Shown here: positions 28,900-41,379 of the stretch, one piece after another
How the letters are laid out: each line of letters opens with the position of its first letter
Position numbering within the stretch: position 1 is the stretch's first letter
Source of the DNA: the human T2T-CHM13v2.0 reference genome, Homo sapiens
DNA length: 64,000 nucleotides
Assembly: GCF_009914755.1 (NCBI RefSeq)
Contig: NC_060928.1
Reading direction: 5' to 3' (one strand)
Position numbers and translations under genes: made by a program
Notes under the pieces: generated by a model
Told to the model about the DNA's origin: nothing
Databases searched by the model: none
Seen by the model: only the letters and a program-made list of their open reading frames with translations

Positions 28900-31800
28900 A
28901 ACAATTTGGTGAAGAATGGAGTAGTTTGAACATTCAGATGTTCCCATTGAGAACAAGTATGACTAAAACAATTTTTAAAAAAATTGTTTCACTAAAAATT
29001 GAAGACACTGGAGAGCTACTAAGGAAACCAAGAATTAAGGAGAACAAAGTCTGAGGAAGGAAGAACTGTGCAGTGACACAAGCCACTCTTTTATGAGAAA
29101 TCCATATAAACAGCTAATTTAAAATGACGAATGAATAGTAGGTAGTAGGTCTCATGGAACTGGAAGCAAGGAATACGGACATAAGAATTTACAAGTTGGA
29201 AAGCTGATTCCAGTTAATGTGCAGGTTTATCTTCATACATTTACTACACTCAGAAGCTTAGCATGTAAGGTAGACAAGATGCCAATCCAAACACCTCAGA
29301 AAATCATAGTGGATTATTTGCATTCTTGTGCAGGTGGTAAGTTTTACAGTTCTTCAGCACTTTATACGTTCTATTAATTTTTGGCCTTGACATATCTAAT
29401 GAGAAGTTTTCATTCAGTTGAATCACTGCTTCCTTGTACGTAATGGGTCATTTTTTGTTTGGGTACTATCAAATATATTCTTTATTTTTGGTTTTCAATA
29501 GTTTGATATGATGAGCTAAAGTGATATTTGAGTTTATGCTGTCTTGGATTCACTAAATTTCTTGAATGTGTTCATTTCAGTCTGTCATCACATTTGGGAA
29601 GATTTCTGGTATTGTAATTAGTTCTTCAAATATTAATTCTGTGTTTTTAAACCTTTTTTTTTCTTTTTCTGTGGTTTCACTTACTCTTATGTACCTTTCA
29701 ATAAGATTATTTCTCAATCCCTGAGGTTCTGTTCATATTTTAAGGTGTTTCTTGCCTCTTTTTATGTTAAATAATGTATTTGAATCTATCATATATTTCC
29801 CTGAGTATTTCATAATCTGCATCATTCTATTAGTTTTATCTAGTGGATTTTTTATTTCAGATATTATATTTTTAAAAAATTTACATTTTAAAATATTCTG
29901 CTTCTTCACTGATATGGCCTTTTTGTTTATTATAAATATATTCTTTAACTTTATTGAGCACAGATACATTAACTGTTTTAAAATCATTTTATTATCATTC
30001 TAATGTTTAGATTACCTTGAGATTGGTACCTGTTGATTATTTTTTCCATGAAGAATGGTTTACATCTTCCATTTTTTCATGTTGGATAATTTTGAATTGA
30101 TATTGTGAATGTTATGTTCTACAGACTCTGGATTTTGTACTATTCTTCCAGTGAGTGTTGATATTTTCATGCTTGCTTTGGTGGTTGCTCATATTTCATT
30201 TAAGAATTATTTCAGTCTGCTCTACTCATGCATGGCCCAGGAGTCAGTGAGAGACATAAGCATTCTTCTTATACAGAATGTGGTATCCCCCTTTATGGCT
30301 TTGCCTTTCCAGTATTATCTTCATCATATGATAACTTCACTAATCTTCCATCCAGAAATATGTATTCTATTGGAGTTTCAGCTTGACTCTACCATCACCA
30401 CATGGGAAAGCCCACAAAAATAAATAACTCACTCTATATTATTCATTTTATCTGTCTTTTAATTTTTCTTCAAAGTCTACATGCTTCAATAACTTTTCCA
30501 GAGCCCTCCAGTAATGGATTTGTGTTTTGCCAGAAGTTATAGAAAGGTCAGTTTTTCAGGAAATCATGGCCCTACAAAAGAAACAAAACTCCATCCCTCT
30601 TTCATCATTTCTATAGTATCTCTGCTGGAATTTCTAATCTATTTAAACATTTTGTTCAGTGTTTTACTAGTTCCTTTAACATATATGTCTTAGTTATATT
30701 AAAGTCTTTGTCTATTCCAATACCTAGGGCTCTCTGGGTGTCTTTCTATTAACTGTTAATTTTATCTTAAATTGAGGCCATATATTCTTGCCTCTTTGCA
30801 TGCACCATAATTTGATACTATGCTAGACAGTGTATAAAAAACAAAAGAGTGAAGAAAATACTATCTATCCCAGAAAAGGACATGGCAGAAAAGCACATGG
30901 CCCTTTTCCTGACACATTGCTAGTACCAGGGGGCTGAGTCAACATAAGCTGCTTTTGAGCTGGGTCTGAGCTTTGACAGAGATTTAGTTAGAGTCAATTC
31001 ACCACATGCTTCAAATACTTTGAGGGCACAATCAGAATTTTATTTTCAGTAGAGCTTTGACTCTCAGCACTTGTAAGACTTTGCCTATCTCTTTGTACGC
31101 AAGATCAGCAACCACCCTTCATACTGGTAGGACACATTTCTCTATAGGCTACCCACCAGTTTTTGTGTTTTGGTTTGTTTGTTTGTTTGTTTGTTCTACT
31201 GGTGAATTATCTTTGTTCCTGTGACCTCTCCTGGGCTTTATTTATTTATTGCCTTGGAAGGACTCTCTTCACTCTGTCACCCTTCCCCTAGGCTTTGGAG
31301 AGCCATTTCTGTGTTCTTGGTGAAGGCTCAGTGGCTTCAGAGGAATTTTTCTCAGGGCTCCTGTTGAGTCCCCAGCCTGTAGAGGTATGTTACATTTTAT
31401 TCAGTGCCATGTACCCCAGAGAGATTTTCCTTATCTCTTAACCTGTCCCATGTATGTACTTGAAATACACCAAGACAAAGGGCTTTATTTAGACTCTCCT
31501 TCCTCCCCACCCGGGCTTAAATGCACTATCCTTTGTTCATCCAATGAACGTCTGCGGAACTTGCTGGTGGGTGAATGCAGACTTATATTACCAGGCTCTT
31601 CCAGATGTTAATCCTTCATGCCAGGCTTCTTGTATTGCTAAAAGTGTGGCTAGTTTTTTCTTAACTCATCCGTAGAGAACTCCTTTTCTTCCTGCCTGAA
31701 AGCAGTCATGGGCTTCTCCTCTTGTAGGAAAGATTCATAACTTTCTGCATCTTCTAGGATGTTTTTTTAGTGTCTTTGCTTATTCTGCTCAGTTATGATA

Positions 31801-31900
31801 AAGAAAAACAAAAATCAAACAAAAAGATAAAAAGCCAAATAATTTTACCTTGTCTATCTTGCTATCATTCTTAGGATACAAACAAGAGTAGTATGTTATT
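28900..31900. mobile_element. Highly diverged L1M/HAL1-type 5' UTR and ORF1 fragments (mainly minus strand at 29340-31900)
   Basis: Minus ORF 29733-29987 (KNIISEIKNPLDKTNR) resembles the old L1 ORF1 coiled coil. tttgggaagatttctggtatt...ttcttcaaatatt is an antisense ORF1 motif. Boundaries are uncertain. Confidence 0.5.
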
Positions 31901-32074
31901 ATTATTATTATTACACACTAACTGGAAGCAGAATTGGATTTATGGGTATTTAGTTTCCAAAATAGTTGTTTTGTCTGGTGTTTATGAAAATATATAAAGA
32001 AATTAAAATCCAACATTTCACCATCACAATATTCCCAACATTTCTACTAATTTTCTATTCTTCTTAATTTTTTT

Positions 32075-32180
32075 AAAATTTTTACATTAAAAAATTATTT
32101 CCATAGGTTTTGGGGAATAGGTGATATTTGGTTACATGAGTCAGTTCTTTCGTGGTGATTTGTGATATTTTGATGCACCA
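32075..32180 (-). mobile_element. ~100-bp L1PB1-like 3' terminus
   Basis: tatttccataggttttggggaataggtgatatttggttacatgagtcagttctttcgtggtgatttgtgatattttgatgcacc. Confidence 0.75.
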
Positions 32181-32194
32181 ATCTATTTTTTTCT

Positions 32195-32730
32195 TTTTTA
32201 ATATTTTAACTTTTATTTTAGGTTCAGGGGTACATGTATAGGATTGGCATATAGATAAACTTGTGACTCAGGGGTTTGGTCTATGGATTATTTCATTACT
32301 CAGGTATTCAGCATAGTACTTGATAGTTTTTTTTTTTTCTGAACCTCTCCCTCTTCCCCCACCTCTACCCTCAAGTAGGCCCCAGTGTCTGTTGTTCTTT
32401 TCTTTCTGTCCACGTGTCCTCATTATTTAACTCTCACTTAAAAGTGAGAATGTGCAGTATTTTGTTTTCTGTTCCTATGTTAGTTTGCTAAGGATAATAG
32501 CCTTCAGTTTCATTAACGTTCCTGCAAAGGACACAATCTCATTCTTTTTTATGGCTGCATAGTATTCCATGGTGTATATGTATCACATTTTATCAAGCCT
32601 ACTGTTGATAGGCATTTAGGTTGAGTTCATGTCTTTGCTATTGTGAATAATGCTGCAATGACCATATGTCTTTATGCTAGGAAAAATTATATTCTTTTGG
32701 GTATATACTCAGTAGTGGGATTGCTGGGAT
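32195..32730 (-). mobile_element. 5'-truncated L1PA15/16-like 3' end
   Basis: ttttattttaggttcaggggtacatgt...ccctcaagtaggccccagtgtctgttgttc. Confidence 0.85.
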
Positions 32731-33299
32731 TTTTATATATCAAAAAATTAACTTTTTATTTGTTCATATTTATTACAAATTTTTAGACAAGCATCAAAAA
32801 TCTCAACTGAAAACAACATGAATAACAACTATATTTCAACATTACATGTGGAAAATTAATTTTTACATTATGAGATTTTAGGAAATTTCTATTAAAGATT
32901 AATTTGAAAATAACATTTATTTTGATTTCATTTGAAATAATTTACTATAGGTACTTATAGTATTCCTATAAGTACATAAATAATATGTACTTATTTTATT
33001 CCTTTTATATTTTAAAAACACTAAAAAACTTATAGAAAATCAAAACATGCGAAAAGGAAACAAAAGAAAATATATAAACTAAAGGTAGAAATAAAGCAAA
33101 TATAATGCAGTACATGCTAAAATTTGATAAATAATATTAATATTAGATAAATCTTAGATATATAGTAATAACTAATATAGTTTAATGTTTTCTAAGCTTT
33201 GTACTTTTTATTATTCTGTTATCTTTTTCATATCTTAAGAAATAGCCAACAGATTGAGAGTCAAGCATTTGAATGGTGTCTCATTTATTAATCTTTTTT

Positions 33300-33830
33300 C
33301 TTTCTACTCCAAATTCACTCTTCATTGTCTACTTGTGATACTAGAACATTTACTTCTCACTAGCTGGCATGATGGAAGCTTCATTATGAGTAGGTACTCT
33401 ATTGTGTGATTTTTCTTAGCAAATTTCCAAACATCCCTGTGGAGAGCTTCTCCTGCCATTCCATAGAGTAGTTTCCCAGTGAGTTCCACTCCCAGTGGTA
33501 CCTTCCCATGGATGGCTTCCCCCAGCATCTCACTGGATGACTTCACAATGGGTCTTGCACTGTGACACTTCTCCATGGGTAGCTTTCCAGTGAATCTAAA
33601 GAGGTGGCACTTCAGTAACTTCTCCCCCATCAAGGAGATCCTCTATAAAGAGGTCTGGACCTCAGCCCTGGATGTCATGCCTCTTCCAGACATGTTCTTA
33701 CTTGCGTGCTCTGCAACAGCCCTGTGGGTTATGGTTACTCCATATACCTTCGATTCCTGTATTCTTTAGAATATGCTTAGTATCTACTTTAAATACTCCA
33801 ATTTGCTGTTCAGATCAATGGATAAATTCC
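33300..33830 (-). mobile_element. Old LTR relic, LTR78-like, with degenerate internal repeats
   Basis: GC-richer island. Minus strand has cagggctgaggtccagacctct and repeated gaagct/cc..ccatgg/ccacagg units. Confidence 0.45.
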
Positions 33831-34694
33831 TCTCCCCTGCTAGGATTCTAATAGATGGAAGCACTACCAAAGAAATAGGACAGGCTCTATTCATTGTTTA
33901 TTCTGGTTTATTCAACCCAGAAGAAAGAATAATATGTTAATAAGCAACATTACTAGAATGCCGTGGAAATCTAGAATGGCAATATTGAAGAGCTATAAAA
34001 ATTAAGAGAGATATCACAAACTTAATCTGAAGATGGAGAATCTAAAATCAGTTTATACTCAGGGATATAGGTAAGCAAATTTAGAGAATTATTTTAATGG
34101 GAATTAGGAATCAAAGATTAGGTATTAAATACAGAGTCATTCTCAGGCACTAAGAAAAGGCAATATTCCATTATTAGCATTACTAAAACATTAGTCTAGT
34201 TATCAAGATATATCAAAGCGTAAGAAACAAGTGTGGGCATAATTTCCAGAATAACAAGTGATTTTAATTTTCTATTTATACATTTGCACATATTTTATTA
34301 TTTTCTATGATTTACATGTATTATGATATAATCAGGAAAACATACATTTAAGAATATTTTAAACAAATGTCATGGAATATAAATATTTAGTTATGTCTCA
34401 AAGCAAGACAAAAGTCCAATGATTGGTACTAATCTTCACAGCTATAGGGTACAACAAGCAAGAATGCCTTAATGCTCACAGTAGTGTTGATTTAGGCTAC
34501 TAAAATATTTTCTACAAAATTTAAGAATTATGACAAATTGTGACAAAATTGGGATGGTACGTAGAGATATCAACTTTTTCCAGAGTTGGGGTAAAGGGGG
34601 AGTATGCTGTGGAAACTGAAAAATAACTAGATATCACAACCGAAACTTCCTTTTTTATCACTGATTCTTATAATAATCTGGTATGAATAAATTG

Positions 34695-34805
34695 GAAATA
34701 TATATATACACAAACATATATTTTGTGTGTATATATACACATTATATATCTGTTTCCTGTGCACATGTTTATATACATATTTATATACATATAAATATAT
34801 GTTAA
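34695..34805. repeat. (TA)n/(TATACA)-rich low-complexity tract
   Basis: atatatatatacacaaacatata...tatatacatatttatatacatataaatatat. Confidence 0.8.
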
Positions 34806-36464
34806 TAAATATTCATTCTTAAATGTATGTTTTCCTGATTAAAACGTCTTCTTTATATCAGTGATGAATCTAAGAATATGAATCAATGTTTCTTATAGTA
34901 CCTAGTACTGAAGAAAAAGAAACAAAAAAGACATCCATTTTCCCATCCTGCCAATTCCATTTATTTTTCCAACTTTTGGAATATTGTCTTAGACATCCTA
35001 GATCTACTTTACTTCAGCCTTTTACTCCTAAATATTTTGAACCTACTATATTAAAACAGAACCATAAATATTTTCTATGGCAAGCCTGAAACTTTCAATT
35101 GGCAATAAATTGACACAGGAAATTATTAATCCATTCAACAACCATTTTTCTTGTATGTCTGTATGTGCTAGGACTTAGACATTGTATTAGGCAAAGAAGA
35201 CCATGATGTCTACTTAAGAATGTATGATCTTTTGGATATTAGTTCTCAAATGTGGAATTCAATCCAGACTTAAAAATAAAACTATCCTAAGATAGTGTAG
35301 GATTACTAAAGTATATGCTTACTTCATAGCATTTGATTGTAATTTGAAAATTGGTTATTTAATTAATAATCTAAAAAATTATCTAACAGAATTCATGAAA
35401 TGAGCAATAGGCATTAGAATTTACTTCCTATCATTTAACTCATTAGTTCTTTTACAGATGTTTCTGTATCCCAATGGTTGGAGATGTGAGAAAATTGCCA
35501 GGATTCTATGTGCTCTCAAAATTGAAGCCCTTAGCTTTTGTGAAGCCAAAAACTGTCTCATTAAAATTAAAATGATTCTCCCATAATAAATATATATTTT
35601 CCCAGTAAGTTCAACTCTCTACAGAACAATTTTTAAATTTCCATTTGTTTTTTTTACTAAAACTAAAATAAATCTTGTACTCCTACCATTATATTTGACA
35701 AATAAGTAGATAAATGAGAATAAATCAGGCATTTTGGGAAATTCTTTTAGGAGAATGCAATCCAATCTTTACATGAATATCTTGCTCCAGAGAACAGCAT
35801 ATTCTGTTGTATCAGAGTCCACTGAATAGATAATAATCTAACTAAATCAGTTTATAAACTTAGGAAAATGCCTTGGAAATTGAGAATATGGGACATTATA
35901 TTGATCCATTTTTTTACCCAACTGGTTTGTTGACTGAATTGACCAAATTGACTGTTTTGTTTTTCATCTTAAAAACAAAGGTAACAAATTACATAAAATC
36001 ATGAAGTAACTTTCACGGGACAAAACCAATGAAATTAAAAGTAATAAGGACAAGAATTATAAGACTTAGCAACACATTTAAAATATATATCAATAACTAG
36101 CCTCAATATGGGATATATAAACGTTATCCTTATTAAATCCTGAATGAGCCAATCATTAAATAAGTCAAGCTTTGCTATGCCTGGTTTATTGTACTTGGAT
36201 AAGAAAAGGGTATGTACTATTTTAGTTTTCTCTTAAGGCAAATGTAATAACAGCCACATTTTATTCATACTCCCTATTTAGCCACAATTTTGAAGCCATA
36301 TATTAAGCTAGAAAAGATACCATGTGAATATCTTTGAAAGACCTCTGAAGGCATTGTATCATTCTAGTTACTTTGTCTCAGGGCACTGATACTTTCACTA
36401 GTTGGAATCCAGCCCAGTAAAATAGATCTTAAAGTAATTCTCTCTAAAATGTTGATATTTTGAT

Positions 36465-36618
36465 ATTTTAAATGCGACCTGAAGATCAGCAGCATTGTTA
36501 TCACCTACAAACCTCTTAGAAATGCAGAATTTCAGGCCCTTCCCAGACCTTCTTGATTATAACCTGTATTTTGGCAAAATCCCTGGGTTTTATGTGTGCA
36601 CATTAATTTTATAGTATG
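36465..36618. mobile_element. MER5A (hAT-Charlie MITE)
   Basis: gatcagcagcattgttatcacct...ttagaaatgcagaatttcaggcccttcccagacct...tgtgtgcacattaa. Confidence 0.8.
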
Positions 36619-36999
36619 GATTTCCCTTCTTATCCCATACTCCCTCAAAAAATAGTTTTCTTTTGACAGATATAACTACCAGGCATAAATTACAGAGTGC
36701 ACACTAGACTATAAAGGCATGCTAAATCATGTGACTCTAAATGCACAGCCCTAAATCTATAGAAAGACTGAACTATGTGGCACCAAATGAGATTTAGTCT
36801 TTTAATTGTAGTGGAAGTACATAATTATTAACAGCTTCCAAAGTTCTACTACCTTTTTCAACTGATTCTCTTCAGACACAAGTGAGGAAATGTTTATTCG
36901 GAATTTTAGCATTGGCAATCTAATCCTCTAATACTCTGAAAGGAATGTAATGTCATGGTAACAATGAGAAACAAGTTTTTATAACAGAAAAATAAATTG

Positions 37000-37280
37000 T
37001 GAGAATCAGGAGGCAAGGATTCTGATTCTGGTTCTGGAATTTCAACTAACTAGCTGTTTAAGGGTAAGACATACCTTATATTTGATTTTGTATTTCTTAT
37101 GCTGAGATCCTCCACTGAAACTTAAGAGGCATATGATTACATTTTTGTTAAATAAATTAAATAATAAATCAATCTTAAAAGTCAATCTTAACTCACTTTT
37201 TCTCTCTGGGTTTAAAGTTTTATTAAATGTTTACTAAGAAGGTTATTTTAAGACTTCTTTCCAGATTCTGTGAATTACGC
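37000..37280 (+). mobile_element. MIR/MIR3 fragments
   Basis: aatcaggaggcaaggattctgattctggttct...actaactagctgt; taagacttctttccagattctgtgaatt. Confidence 0.5.
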
Positions 37281-37612
37281 TATTGTTTCATACAGTGACA
37301 CTTGGGGGAAATTGTCATCATATCAAATTGTGAGTTTCTAAGTCTACCTCTAAGTGACACCTACATAGCCAGCTGAAAAGTATAAACTTAAAACATTTTA
37401 CCTTTTAAAAAATAATACAGTATTTTGTTTTGTTTTACCCATTTCCTTGTGTGGTTTATTTTTAAGGTTCCTTGATCCTGTGTAGTTAAAGGCAGAACTA
37501 AGAAGTATGATAAAAGTGAGTGATAATTAAGACCTTTAATCTATTGAGCATTTTATTTTGTTACTGTTTATTGCTGACATTGGTAGTGGAAGGGCAGTTG
37601 ATTATTTAAAAG

Positions 37613-37805
37613 AATCCAGTTTCAGCTTTCTACATATGGCTAGTAGTGGGGTGGGGGGAAGGATAGCATTAGGAGATATACCTAATGTAAATGACGAGTT
37701 AATGGGTGCAGCACACCAACATGACACAGGTATACATATGTAACAAACCTGCACATTGTGCACATGTACCCTAGAACTTAAAGTATAATTTAAAAAAAGG
37801 AAAAA
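37613..37805 (+). mobile_element. ~190-bp L1PA4/5-like insertion with ~30-bp inverted ORF2 piece at its 5' end
   Basis: 3' UTR ggagatatacctaatgtaaatgacgag...gtaccctagaacttaaagtataat plus A-tail. Inverted piece atccagtttcagctttctacatatggctag. TSD aaaagaat.ca.gttt at 37608 and 37806. Confidence 0.9.
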
Positions 37806-37959
37806 AAAAGAATTCAAGTTTGGAGAAGCTTGAGTTTGTCATTAATGACCTCTTCAAGAAACCACAGAAGCAAGTGCTAACAGATTTGCTATTACTTGAG
37901 CTTATGCATTTAGCAGGACCTTGGTGAGATTCTACTTACATACATTCAATTTCTGCAAG

Positions 37960-38567
37960 TTCTACTAAATGGCAGTAAAGTAGTTAATGTAAGTTTCATG
38001 CAGAGCAGCAAAAAGCTATTTTTCTGCTCTCCCCTCTGTGGTTTTGGCCTCCAGTGAAATCCTGCATTTAGGCTGTAGCATCACATTTCAAAAAAGACAT
38101 AGACATAATAGAGAGAGTTCAGAGGAGAGCCACAAAGATGATAAAGGGCTTAGGAAATAAGACCTATGTGGAAAGGTTAAGGCAAATGGGCATCTTCTGT
38201 CTGGAGAAAACAAGACTGGGGAGACACATAACTGTCTGCAAATTCGTTAAGGGATGTTATAAAGGGCAGAGGGACCAATTCTCATTAGTCAATGAGGACA
38301 GAACAAGAAGTAATAGGCTTCAATTCCAGAAGGGAAAATTCGAGTTAAATATAAGGACTAACTTTATAACAATATGAATAGTTGGGAATGGCACCAGCTG
38401 CCAGGGGAGATTGTGGAATTGTTATCATTGGAGAGATTCAAGGCTGAATCCCCAAACCCATCGATCAGGAATGACTTAGTAATAATAAAATCAATCCTGC
38501 TGTGATCCACAGGGATAGATTAGTGCCCCAGCATAGGTCCTTCCAACCCAAATGATTATATGATTAA
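37960..38567 (+). mobile_element. CR1/L3 LINE 3' end (RT C-terminal region and 3' UTR)
   Basis: Translation HFKKDIDIIERVQRRATKMIKGL...YVERLRQMGIFCLEKTRL...RTRSNRLQFQKGKFELNIRTNF is typical CR1 ORF2. Terminal ggtccttccaacccaaatgattatatgatt matches the CR1 tail. Confidence 0.9.
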
Positions 38568-39719
38568 GATACCAGTACCCAGGGGGAATTGATCTGTGTA
38601 TAAGGGAGGGAAGAGAAACTCTTTACAAGCTACAGCTGTAAATCTGAAAATTAAGTAATCCAGAATGTTTAGCTAAAGGAGAGGCTGAATCTGCTTAGGA
38701 GATATGTAGGGATACTGAATTAAAGAGCTCAGCCATTTTCTAAAATATTAATCTGACTTTTGTCAATATTTCAAATAAAAAATTGAGACCCATACTATTA
38801 TTAATTTTCCTTATTAATGTTCATCTTGGATGCTACACAATATTTAATTTATTAATAGAAAATCAGGACAGAATGTTCTCAAGGTCTGAAAAATAAAAAC
38901 TAAGATGAAGATAATTTTAGAAAGATAATTTTCTCATGTCAGATTCAGGGTCTTCCCTTTCATTTAAAAATGTGTTTAAATGATATTTTTAGTTCAGACG
39001 TTCCCGAGGGTTTTACTTGATGGGCATGTGACTCTAATTAACATCCAAGACCCACATAATTCAATCACAGTATGGGTCAAAATTACCAATTCAATTTTTT
39101 AATCTTAAAATTGATTTCTATGTCTGTGATGTTCAGAGTGAATTTCAGCAGTATCCAAAGCATTCTATTTTTCCATGCTCTCTGCCTTATCATACTGGCC
39201 TTTGCTAACACTACAGTAGTTATTTTTGAATCTTTGAAAAGTCAGTGTTTAATTTTTTAGTTTACTTTTCCCCTTTCTACCTTTCCAGTTTACCTTTAAG
39301 AAAAAAAACACACTGCCGTTTTCTTCCCCTGAGGAGGCTGTGTTATTACTACCGTCCACATATCAGGGTTACAGCACTTGCAGTAGTAGATCATCCCTGT
39401 GCTGTCATGGTGATGATATATGATGGAAAAAGCCATCCATCTGAAAATCCAAGGCACAAAGGCTGAAGCAATAATGAGGTAGCCCAGCACAAACCCGGCA
39501 TGCACAGCACTCGGCATTTCCCCCCAAATAAAAGTGGACTACCCTGTAAATTGAAAATCTTTAGATAGGAAAACTCTCAAAGATAATTTTTTTCTTTTTT
39601 CTTTTTCTCTCTTTTTTTTTTTTTTTTGTGCTTAGAGGCCTTTTATGTCTCCCAAAACATTAAAAAATAATGCGTTTCTGAATTAAAAACCTTTCAAAGC
39701 TTCTCACTTCCATTTCTCT

Positions 39720-40130
39720 TTTATTTTTTCCTTGTCTCTCATGTCTATTTTTTCTCTTCCTATTCCCATTGCCACTACCCTAAACTTACCCTTTGAGTAT
39801 CATTCTCCTGGACAATTAAAGTGATCTTGATCTCTTTACTTTCTCTGTTCTGTTTGTGTTCTAATTCTCTTTTCATAACTGGCTAGGCTAATCCTAGTAA
39901 ATGCTACATTTATTATATGACTCTTCTAATTAGAGATTTTGTAATTTCCCCCATGAACTATCAAATACAGTTCAATTCCATAGCTTTGCATTCAAAGCCC
40001 TCAAAAATCTAGCTTCAGCTTATTTTTCCAGCTGTAAAGAACACCGCCTTTTTATCTATACTCTACATTGCCAAATAAGAATACTGGTCTTTCAGAATAT
40101 GATTTGAACTTTTTGTATCTTTATTCTTTG
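39720..40130 (+). mobile_element. L2 fragment
   Basis: cctattcccattgccactaccct...atcattctcctggac...tagctttgcattcaaagccctc. Confidence 0.65.
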
Positions 40131-40149
40131 GTTGACCCTCCGGCTGAGA

Positions 40150-40400
40150 TGCAAAATAAATAATGGGCAAGCTTTATTCTAAGACATACCTGAATTCAAA
40201 TGTACTTCCTATAACCTAAGACAAGTTGCTTTATTTCTCTGGCCCTCAATTTTTTCAACAGTAAAATGGGGATAACAACCCCATTGCAAAGAATTCTTGT
40301 GAGGCATGAATGGTGAAATGCATACAAAACTCTTAGCATAGAGGCAGGGGCATGATAGTCAACAAAGTCAGCTCCTCTTATATGGTTTTGACATTATTAT
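40150..40400 (+). mobile_element. MIR
   Basis: agacatacctgaattcaaat...acctaagacaagttgctttatttctctgg...gtaaaatggggataacaac. Confidence 0.8.
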
Positions 40401-40439
40401 TAATTTTTCAGTGCATTCTTTAATGGTGATTCTGATGCC

Positions 40440-40680
40440 ATTCACTCAGTGAGGCTTCTCTATTTTGTTTTTCATTTCTCTTGAGCTTTCCTTCTTGTGA
40501 TCTAGTATAACATTTTTTATTGCATCTGTTGTATCCTGCCATGTTTTATATTTTACATATAGGAAACGTAAGTCTTCCCGAAATGTCTTAGGGGTAGAAA
40601 CTGTCTTTTGTATATATCTATAGCCAACTAGAAATAATCAATACATAGAAGGTACTCAGCACATTTTCAACAAATCAGTG
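40440..40680 (+). mobile_element. L2 3' end fragment
   Basis: ggggtagaaactgtcttttgtatatatc...tacatagaaggtactcagcacatttt. Confidence 0.5.
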
Positions 40681-41379
40681 TTTTAATACATATCCTTTTT
40701 GCCCAGTGCCAAGCCTAAAAGGGTTTTGGATTTACTTGAAATAATACCTAACCATGATGGAATAAAATTTCGAGCACATTTTCGTTGGCAGGACAGATTA
40801 ACGCAATTTGAACCATTTGTTATACTCTCAGGACAAAAGTAAAGTAAAAGCTACTTTTTGTGGTAAGATTCACTTTTTACCTTCATCACTTAAATATTTT
40901 TTAATGAAAAAAAAGCCACTAAAATCTTGAAGCCTACTGGTGCATCCTAATTTAAATAACTATATTTCTTTAAGCTACTCTTCACTTAATACTATTTATA
41001 AACCTTAGCAACTGGTATGCTGGCAAACTTGTACTCATTTCAGAAGGTTTTAGCCCTCTAATTTTAATCCCTTTTGTTATAAGAAATATGTCTCCAACTC
41101 TACCAGTTGAAAAGTGTATCATTTTCTAGGTCCCTTCAAGTACTTTATATAAATTGACCCCTTCGAAAACTTAATAAAGTTAGCATCTAAATTTTCTTTT
41201 TCGGTTCCAAGTTCAATCCTAGCATCATCAACAGTAAAATAGAAATGGAATCTAAAAGGACAATAATTTTTCCTGGCAGTCAATGGATGAATAATAAAGT
41301 ATTTTTGCTTCTAAGATCATCAGGGGGTCTTTAACTCAAAGACTAACTTTTTTCTACTTTTGGATTACTAATAACTCTA

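Noticed and set aside
32951-32975. Perfect 10-bp inverted repeat gtacttatag-tattc-ctataagtac
   Set aside because: Short and AT-rich, so expected by chance in 64 kb. No TSD or element context.
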